NCBI GenBank assembly: GCA_020891255.1
Contig: BQFW01000013.1
Span: 1,984,001 to 2,048,000 of the forward strand
DNA: 64,000 bases
From: Entomortierella parvispora E1425
Taxonomy: Eukaryota; Fungi; Mortierellomycota
Direction: 5' to 3'
The notes under the pieces were generated by a model, which was given only the letters and a program-made list of their open reading frames with translations, had not been told where the DNA came from and did no database searches. Positions within the stretch are counted from its first letter, which is position 1. Every line of letters starts with the position of its first letter. This document shows positions 55,687 to 64,000 of this stretch, piece by piece. Both the position numbers and the translations under genes were made by a program.

Positions 55687-58600
55687 TTATTGAGTTTCTA
55701 CTGGAGCAGCTTCGACAGCTGCTCTTTCATTTACGACTTGCTGCTCTTTGATGTTACATTCCAGGCACTCGATGTATATTTGGTACTTGACCATCTCTTT
55801 GAGAAGGTACCTAGACCGCCGCTCCCAATTATTAAATGCTTTTGCGTAGTTGTGGGATTTTGGTAGGAACTGTAGTGACAAAGCGAAAATGAAGTCAGTG
55901 TGTTTGTGACAAAAATAAAAATAAAACAAAAGAAAGGATGTGCCTGCCTTACCAGTGCTGTCATAGGTACTCTGTACGCTTGGTGGATCTCCATTTCGGA
56001 CTCAAGCCCGGCCCCGTAACGTTTCAATGCTTCACATTGCTCCGTTTCGCTAAGTGTTGCCATGCTCATCGTAGGCAGTGGTGGGGACCATTCAAAGAGC
56101 ATCACTCGATCTCCAAGAGGAACCGAGCTGAAAGAGCCAGAGCCACCGTACTTAGAGGATGTGGTCGATTTGATGGACGATGACCGACCACTACCAATTC
56201 CTGAGTTGCCATAGGGGTACGGAGACGAAGATGTCATGGAGCCAGAGGAGGTCATCGGTGTACTTGTTCCTGTTGCACTCAGAGGTGGGGATTGCATAAC
56301 AGGAGGGTGGTTCAAATAGTTGGTTCCTGTATTGAGAGAATTGTTTGTCCGGATCGAACGATCGTCGCCATCATCTTCCGACACTGCTGAAGATGTAGTG
56401 GTAGGTACAGTGTCCACTGTATCTGATGTTATGTTTAAATTGCTTCCGCTACCGTTGACACTGGAGTTAAGGACAGAGGTGGAAGAGCCACTGGACTGAA
56501 GGTGAGAGAGCTGGAGCCCAGCGTGCTGTTGTTGTTGCTGCTGTTGTTGCTGCTGTTGTTGCTGCTGTTGTTGCTGCTGTTGCTGGTTGGCCAACATGTC
56601 TAATGACCGACCCCATCCGTAATCCATGTTGATGACTCCGCCAGATAACGGCTCCTTGGATGTTCGCGCAGCCCAGTAGTTGCATGTACGAGCCCACTCT
56701 TCACATTCTTTCGCAGTCGAGGTTTGGAACAAAAAGACAGCGCCTGTGTACAGCTGAATCGCAAAGACATGTCGCCTTGATGCAGAGTATCCAGGTGGAG
56801 GCAAGATGTTTGTGATGGTGTGTTGCAGTCGAATCTCATCAAAGAGAATCCCCTGTTCCTCGAAAGCCTGGCCCATTTGCCCATCTGCTCTAAACATGGA
56901 CAGTCCTGCTTGATCCAAGACAACCAAAAGCTGCCTCCAGGCCCGGTGGGGCGCCTTCTTGTCTGCCCGCTCTAAAAGGTGCTTTCGGAAGAGAATACCT
57001 TCCATCCTATGCATGGGTTGAAGTTCACCCTGGAGTTCATTTTGAAAGTCGCTGGTTGTCTGCTGCGTAGGTTGACCAGTCTGAGAGCCTGCTGTCAGTG
57101 TCCTAGATGTGGGAGATCCATGAGTCTGTCCATGAGAAGGTACGAAAGTAGAGTGGCGATGACTGAGATGCTGTTCGGATTCTTTCCCAGCACCACCGCG
57201 GCTGTTCGACACTGAGCTGGCACTTGTTGCAGCAACACTAAACCGGTGGCTGGCATGTCCCTTCGTTTGACCATCTGCTGCTTGTGCCGTAAGTCGCTGC
57301 ATGGCGTCGAGTCTGAGCTGTTTTGTCCTAGCATTGATAGAATTACGCCGGACCATACTAATCTTGGGTGTCACAGAGTTGAGATTGGTGATCATGCCGC
57401 CCGCGCCAATTTGGTATCCCGCATCGGTCAGTGCAGTGGGCTGCACCTGTCTTGATAGCCTAGGCAAGAAGCCCCCAGACTTTGAAGGACTAGGCAGTCC
57501 GCTCAAATGGACACCAGAGCCAGTGTGAGGAAGTATAGACACTGAAGGCGAATGCTGGGAGTGTGAATGAGCATATCGTTGTTGTTGCTGAAAAGCTGAT
57601 GAGGTAGGGAGGAGAATCTGGTTGTGCTTCACGGTAGAATAAATGTCTTTGAGTAACGACTCTAGCTCACTGATCCAGAATCTGCCGTTGCCATGTCCAC
57701 CGTTCGCCTTTGGATCTGTACCCATCTTGGACGATTTGCCCTGGAAGGAGGTACCGGATTTCCAGCTTTTGACACTCGGTGTCCTCTTTTTGGTTGCAGG
57801 CGACCCTTGACCGTTCGACAGATTGGACCCCAAAAGAGAGCCGTTGATGCTGTTCTCTCCTGTCATTGTCCTAGTCAAAGTCAATCCATGTCCAGACGAA
57901 TCCTCTGATGGTCGGGGATCCAATTGGTATTGGGTCTGGGCTTGTACAACCTGCAAAGTATTCTTGACAAAGGCACTTCTCGACATTTTGCTGGAGCTGG
58001 ACTGTTGCACCACATGAAGATCCGTGTTGAGAAGTAGAATCGAGTACGCGATTGCGTGAACAACATCTTTCGAACCGAATATCGATTCTGGGTTACACTC
58101 AACAAATCGTTGTGCAAACGCCTCCAAGATTCTATCCACTTCCTGCGTTTCTCCCTTGAGAATGAGTTTGTGGCAAAGCTGACGGAAAGCTTGGTCTAGC
58201 CTTCGTCCTGAAAAATCAAAGTGAGTCATGTAAAATGCCAGTACCCGTCGGTTGAATGGCTTTGCAGTCCCGAGGTAGACGGAAATATCTTCCCGCTTCA
58301 TAAAAGTGTCGTCCTCCTTGAAACAGCGTACTGCAGTTTGGGATGCGAGGGTATCTGCGGTTTCTCGTTGCGCCGCGGGAGATAGATCTGCCCCAACACT
58401 TGGTTCCGTTGTGATCGGATTTGACAGCTTGGATGCTTCTTCTCCACTGATACATATTGTTGCGGGTCGTACTCCTGCCATAGGCGATCCAGGGACGGCG
58501 AGAGATCGCATACCAATAAGGAGGGTTTCCAAGCTATCAACAGCTGGCTGAGGGGTTGTGGTTGTGTCCTCCATTGCACTGGGCGCCAGCTTCCCAGGGC

Positions 58601-60177
58601 CTAGGTCGAGGTTTCCTGATTCCTGATCGCCTGCGATCACGGATGTAGAAGAGCCGATAGGAAGGAACATTGAGACAGGTCTCCGTGGCAAGGGCTTATC
58701 CAGTTCCGGGTCGTCACTCAAAGGGGTTGTGATAGAAAGAGGTGCCAGAGGAAGATCTTTTGCAGATATGATGCCGTATTCTGAAAACCTGATCGAGTTC
58801 CGTGCGTGGTTGCCAAAGCTGTTTCCTGATATTGATTTGGAGCCCGCGTCAGCTTCGTCGGAGAGAGTCGACTGTGCAGAGCAATAAAGAGACGCCTGAG
58901 ACTGGTTGAGATGCTGCTGCATCGACTCAGCCTCATAGATTCTCGAGATGCGGTTTGCACTAATGGCCTGAACTGCCAAAGGGAGACTTTCCTCTTCCTC
59001 TTCATCTTCAGATCCGTCGTCTATGGCCGAGATTGCGGAGTTTTGAGAGGGGCGTCTTTGTTGATATGGAGTGGAGAAGGTCGATCCAGTAGAAGTGGCA
59101 GGCGTATGTACCTCTGTTGTACTTTGCGAAAATGAGTTGTGACTGATGGAGGCTGTCGTAATTGGGGAGTCGTTATCGTTCCGTTCTTTTTTAGAGACAT
59201 CATGGGCCAGCCATGGTTCAACTTTGCTTGTATTTTCGGACGACTCTGCCCCCAGATCCTGATGAGGACTAGAGTTGTGCCGATCACTAGTGGATCTGAT
59301 TAAAATATAAGCGCAGGTCGTAAGCAACTCGTCAACTGGCACGCTGTGAGCAGCAAGCGGAGCTGACCTATTTGCTTACCTCTGTGCATCCAGGGGACCA
59401 ATGCCGTGAGCGTGTATCGGAGCTGGCAAAGTTGGGAGGCCCGGTAAGGCTAAAACGTCAATGGAGGATGTCGAGGGAGCGTGCACACTCCGAGGCTTAC
59501 TGCTGCTGTTATTAGTTGTTGTTGTGTTGGTTGTAGGCATCGCTGGTATTGGGGGCGCATCCTTGTCATCAAAGTTCTGAAGGTAGTAAAAAAATAAAGC
59601 GCGTTAGAAACTTCTCGTCATGAGAAGCAGCAGGGCACGCGATGCAGACTCTTGTTTTACCTTGACGAGTTTTCGCAAAAAGTTGCTGCTACTTTTGCGG
59701 ACAATCCTGGAGATGTTGCCAGCAGTTGTCTACCAATCCACCAAGCAAGCGTCAGTCAGAGGGTCAGCGTGTCAGTCAAAGGACACAGTAGTGACTTCTT
59801 ACCTTTAGTCCACTGATGCTCTCGCTGCGTTTGCGTCGTTGTTGAAAAGATAGACCATTCAGATTGAGTGCGGATCCATCTGCGTTATGAGCTGAGGAAG
59901 CAAGGCTCGGTACCGCGGATGCAGAATTGTGACTAGGTAAAGCTGGGGCTGCCAAAAACTCTGTGCTCTTGTTAATGTTTCCAAGGTTGGGAGTGCTTGC
60001 AGCGGATTTAGAGCCACCCCAGAGGCCAAAGGAGCTGCGATGGCTGTTGTTTGAGGCAGGCGGCTTGAGGCTTGAGGTGGTGGCTGTAGCTGAAGAGTCG
60101 TCGAGGATGGAGGAGGTTGTAGGGAAGACGATGGTGGACTGGCGTCTGCGGTGAGACTGTGATTGGGACGCGGACAT
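55687..60177 (-). CDS. Sec7-PH ARF guanine-nucleotide exchange factor (EFA6/PSD, Yel1/Syt1-like): join(60177-59803,59576-59380,59295-55953,55869-55687), ~1365 aa
   Basis: Sec7 motif FRQLCHKLILKGETQEVDRILEAFAQRF. PH domain RMEGILFRKH...WRQLLVVL...EWARTCNYWAAR. C-terminal NWERRSRYLL. Introns are in phase. Confidence 0.9.
56524..56586 (-). repeat. polyQ tract in the Sec7-PH protein
   Basis: CAG/CAA run, about 20 Q. Confidence 0.9.
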
Positions 60178-60763
60178 AGCTGCAGGGGGGACAAGAAGAG
60201 AAGTAGAGGAGAGAAGGAGAGGGGAGGGAGAAGTATCAGTCAGGATGCACAGGGAAGGGAGGCGGTGGGAAGGAGGGGGAAGCACGTTCTACAGCCATGC
60301 TCAGGCTCATTGGTACGAGACTCACGCGTATGTGGATGATGCGGGGCCGTGGTCATGCCAGGCTAGATGTGGGGGTGTGTGAAAAGGAGATTGTCAGACA
60401 GAGGAGATGATGATGATGACGACGGAGGGGAAGAGAGAGGAGGAGGAAGACCAGGATGAAGATGGAGAGTCAAGAGAAAGATGAGGAAGAGGAAGAGGAG
60501 GATGAGGAGGATGAGGAACAGAGGGATGATGATGAGAAGAGCGAAGACTGAAGAATGAAAGAGTGAAGACTGAGAGAGTGAACGTGAGAAAGAGATGTAT
60601 GAGAACAGGAAAAAGAGGGACCGAATGGGGAAATCAGCCGAAAAGGAAGGAGGCGACGAGAGGTGTGAGAAACTAACAGGCTGATCCACATTCCCCCATT
60701 CCTCTGTCCCTGCCCTTCGTTTCTCTTCCTCCACCCATCCTTGCTTCTAATCCTCTTCTTCCT

Positions 60764-62263
60764 ATGATCTCCCTCGAGATCCGCATCGCTCGTCGCCTCT
60801 GTGCATCCAGCTCCATCGTCCGGTTGCCACCAAAGCGATCCTTCTCGTCGTTGCCACCAATCTCTTCAACTTCCTCCTCCAGCTCCACAGCCCCTTGCTC
60901 CGAAAAGCCACGACCGCTGATCGCCCTCGGGATCGAAACCTCATGCGACGACACATGTGCTGCCGTTGTCACTTCTGATCGCCGGATCCTGTCCGAGGTC
61001 CTCCGGACTCAGCACCACCTCCATGAGCCCATGGGCGGCATTGTCCCAAAGCTGGCTCACCATGCACACATGCGCAACCTGCCTGCTGTTGTGCAAGAAG
61101 CCATCCAAAAGGCCGACCTTGGTGAGCGCGGTATCCAGGCCATTGATCTGATCGCCGTCACCCGAGGTCCCGGCCTGGCCCACAGTCTCGGGGTCGGCCT
61201 CAATGCTGCAAAGACCCTCGCAGCAGCCTTAAATAAGCCCTTGATCGGAGTCCACCACATGGAGGCTCATGCTCTCACAGCTCGTCTGACCTCTCAGGAT
61301 CCCCATCTTCTGACCGATCAGAGTTCTGATAACAAAGTGGCTGCTGCAGCAGAGCCCTCCTCAGCGCCCTCTCACTGGACTCGAGCCGATCACAACAAAC
61401 GACTCGCTGGATCCGATCCATACCCTGCCTTTCCCTTCTTGACGCTCCTGGTGTCGGGTGGTCACACCATGCTGCTGATCGCACACAGTGTAGATCGTTA
61501 CACAACCTTGGCGACAACCGTAGACGACTCGATCGGAGACGCGTTTGACAAGAGTGCTCGCGAGTTGCAGATCCCCTGGCTGGCTGGACGAGCTGGTGGC
61601 CCTGGTGCCAGTTTAGAAGAGTTTGCAAAAGGCTCCAAGAACCCCGAGCGTTACTTGGATCAATTGCCCATTCCCATGAGTCTTCGAAACAATAAGCGTG
61701 AGATGAAGTTTAGCTTTGCAGGGCTCAAGGCGGCTGTCACCAGGATTGTGAAACAGGAAACGCAGGAAGCAGAGCTTGCTGGAGCAGCCCGAGGATTGCA
61801 CCCTAATGAGATAGAGTTTATGGATATTGAAAGGAGGCGAGATTTGGCAGCTGGTTTCCAGCATTGTGCTGTCACCCATCTTGGTCAAAAAGTAGCCCAG
61901 GGGCTGGAACATTGCAGAGAGCAGGGATTAGATATCTCTAGTCTGGTGATAAGTGGGGGCGTCGGTAGAAATGCGACCGTTCGTAGCACCATGGAGCAAG
62001 TGTGTGCTGCCCCGATGCGCCAGGAGAAAAAATCCTCACATCAACAAAAACAAAAACAAAAACAACAGCAACAACAACCAACCCTTCCCAAAAAGGTGAT
62101 TCAAGTAATATGCCCTCCACCAAAGCTCTGCACAGACAATGCAGTAATGATTGCTTGGACAGGAATCGAGCGCTTCCAGCTGGGGCTCGTTGATCCATAC
62201 GACATTGACATTGTCCCCAAATGGCCTCTAGATATGCTTGGCACAGGTGTTGTCCCTGAATAA
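60764..62263 (+). CDS. QRI7: Mitochondrial tRNA N6-threonylcarbamoyltransferase (Kae1/Qri7/OSGEPL1 family), 499 aa
   Basis: LGIETSCDDT, HHMEAH, LLVSGGHT, DDSIGDAFDK and CTDNAVMIAW; Arg/Ser-rich presequence-like N-terminus. Confidence 0.92.
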   Translation: MISLEIRIARRLCASSSIVRLPPKRSFSSLPPISSTSSSSSTAPCSEKPRPLIALGIETSCDDTCAAVVTSDRRILSEVLRTQHHLHEPMGGIVPKLAHHAHMRNLPAVVQEAIQKADLGERGIQAIDLIAVTRGPGLAHSLGVGLNAAKTLAAALNKPLIGVHHMEAHALTARLTSQDPHLLTDQSSDNKVAAAAEPSSAPSHWTRADHNKRLAGSDPYPAFPFLTLLVSGGHTMLLIAHSVDRYTTLATTVDDSIGDAFDKSARELQIPWLAGRAGGPGASLEEFAKGSKNPERYLDQLPIPMSLRNNKREMKFSFAGLKAAVTRIVKQETQEAELAGAARGLHPNEIEFMDIERRRDLAAGFQHCAVTHLGQKVAQGLEHCREQGLDISSLVISGGVGRNATVRSTMEQVCAAPMRQEKKSSHQQKQKQKQQQQQPTLPKKVIQVICPPPKLCTDNAVMIAWTGIERFQLGLVDPYDIDIVPKWPLDMLGTGVVPE

Positions 62264-62277
62264 ATGTACATGTACTA

Positions 62278-63663
62278 TTAGACTGAAATTTCATTGGTGA
62301 TGCAGTTCATCTCATCCTCAAAGCAGCAGACCACAGCCCTTGTTGCCTGTTGGATCGCCTCGCGTTTCTCGACCTCAACGTTATGACAATGCAGCTCCAT
62401 CAGGTTCAGGCACGAGTGCTTTAAAAAGGGTATCACCAAACTCTCTTCACATCCTTGTAGCTTTCCCAAGAATCGAAGGGTATGAAGTGAGCTATACATA
62501 GGCCACAAGACGCTCCCTGAGCCGTCCGGTCCCTCTTCGAGAGTTAACATTCGGATCTTATCTGGGTGATTGGGGTCATGTGCATGCCATTCACCATGCG
62601 ACCAATAGCCTTCAGTGTACTTTTCTTCATCAATGGACCACCCAACCTCCAAGAGTCGCAAGGAAGATGAGCCTTGCGGTCTACCATTTTGACTTTGGCC
62701 GGTGCGAGGCAGGTTCAAGAGGAGCGCTTGCATTAGTCCACCCGACACCTCTGGTCCCCGTTTTAGTCTCAGTTCCTGAAGTCCAACCTGTTCGCTCAGG
62801 ACACGAAAGAGAAGTGCTGCCATCGTCTGGGATCGTATCGGGAAATTTTCGAGTGTCAGTGACCTGAGTCCTTGATTCCTCGCAACATAGAGGAGTACGA
62901 GCTCAGCCTCTTGGATACTCCAGCCAAGACTCAGCCTCGAAGAGATCTCTATGTGAAGAGATGTCATATTGGGACACAGCTCCGCCGTGCCTCCGTAACG
63001 TCGAGAGTCCTTTTGTCCTAGAAGTGCAATGGGGACAGGTGACTTGGCCATTGTGGTCACAGGGGCGGTGCTGAATGAGGTATCGGGGTTCTCGTCTTTA
63101 GGCGCTTTTCGTTTCCATGGACGGGATCGTAAGACAGAAGAGACCTTCATTTTGGCAGAGTCTTTCCAATTGATGCGAGGAGAAGTCGGGTCGTCCGATG
63201 GCAGAGGGGCTTCCAGAGGGGTGTCCGGCGTGACTCCACGGACCTGTTCCACCACCTTTCCCTTGAAAAAGAAGCCCGTCCTTCCGGAACTTGCTATAAA
63301 GCTCAAATGGCGGACATGGTGCCCATAGAGAGCTATCGCTTCGCGAAAGCTCATGATTGGGTACCCTCCATACTCCAGAGCCTTTTCGGCGGTCATAAAA
63401 CCAAGCTCCAGTCTTTGCCATAGCCCAGGAATAAAGAGCTCATGGAAGGCGTGTGAAACAAGGCAACAGCGCCGGATTGAAGTCTTGGACAAAAAGTTCC
63501 GCACGGCTACAAGGATGTGTGGGATGTCCAGGATGCTAAAAATAGTTATACCGGTTACTTCTGAAGTTGGATTATCCAAGAGAGCTGGAGCTGCACACTC
63601 GACAGAGGGATGCAGGAGATGCTTCTCGATGGAATCCGATGCAAATGTATTTTGGCCTGACAT
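62278..63663 (-). CDS. F-box protein of the expanded Mortierellaceae type (ATG at 63663)
   Basis: N-terminal ILDIPHILVAVRNFLSKTSIRRCCLVSHAFHELFIPGLWQRL, followed by LRR-like repeats. Confidence 0.75.
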   Translation of the reverse strand: MSGQNTFASDSIEKHLLHPSVECAAPALLDNPTSEVTGITIFSILDIPHILVAVRNFLSKTSIRRCCLVSHAFHELFIPGLWQRLELGFMTAEKALEYGGYPIMSFREAIALYGHHVRHLSFIASSGRTGFFFKGKVVEQVRGVTPDTPLEAPLPSDDPTSPRINWKDSAKMKVSSVLRSRPWKRKAPKDENPDTSFSTAPVTTMAKSPVPIALLGQKDSRRYGGTAELCPNMTSLHIEISSRLSLGWSIQEAELVLLYVARNQGLRSLTLENFPIRSQTMAALLFRVLSEQVGLQELRLKRGPEVSGGLMQALLLNLPRTGQSQNGRPQGSSSLRLLEVGWSIDEEKYTEGYWSHGEWHAHDPNHPDKIRMLTLEEGPDGSGSVLWPMYSSLHTLRFLGKLQGCEESLVIPFLKHSCLNLMELHCHNVEVEKREAIQQATRAVVCCFEDEMNCITNEISV

Positions 63664-64000
63664 GACTGAATTGGTTTGGGGGAGGAATGGGAGGAATGGA
63701 TGAATTGGAAAGAACAAAAGACGTTGGAGCTGGGCGGTGCAGGAACGCGTTCAGCCCATGTCCACAGGGACGGAGAAAAAATCATGTTGAATTTCTATTG
63801 GCCCAATTCCTTTTTCACACTGCCACGTTCTGGCGCGATTTTGCAGACAGCAAGGGCTCGACTATGTGCATGGAGCGCGAGTACTATGTCTGCGCCTCAA
63901 TTATTAAAAGCATCGGCGACCCAAGTGCAGCCAGTCAGCCAGTCAGCCAGTCAATAATCAGTCGTTTTTTATCCAACGGCAATTGTCAGCAGCGACCAGA

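Overview
Eukaryotic, intron-rich fungal DNA, most likely Mortierellaceae (Mucoromycota sensu lato; inferred from gene content and the F-box type, not proven). No rRNA, tRNA or CRISPR array was found. Bases 1-40418 are a deeply nested transposon island. It holds five copies of a Ty3/Gypsy chromovirus with 111-bp LTRs (family A), a second chromovirus (B, 5452-27707) carrying four nested insertions, and two single-ORF Gypsy elements (C, E). It also holds solo or partial LTRs with TGTGGTG ends (D, D'), a DD34E Tc1 transposon and a hAT remnant. Most junctions resolve to the base through target-site duplications (TSDs) and restored reading frames. Bases 40419-64000 are host genes: the 5' part of a spliced gene ending at the hAT terminus, a C2H2 transcription factor, an RGS protein with DEP domains, a Sec7-PH ARF-GEF, mitochondrial Qri7 and an F-box protein. 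The top candidate is a 20-exon, ~1957-aa minus-strand gene (44026-51572) that the ORF track shows only in fragments. It fuses AT-hook, two Tudor/chromo-barrel, two ZZ, extended-PHD and GATA-type modules to a bacterial-type amino-(N6A/N4C) methyltransferase domain (motif I ILSNFLGRGT, motif IV SHPPY). All exon models and coordinates were derived by hand and need RNA-seq or HMM confirmation.
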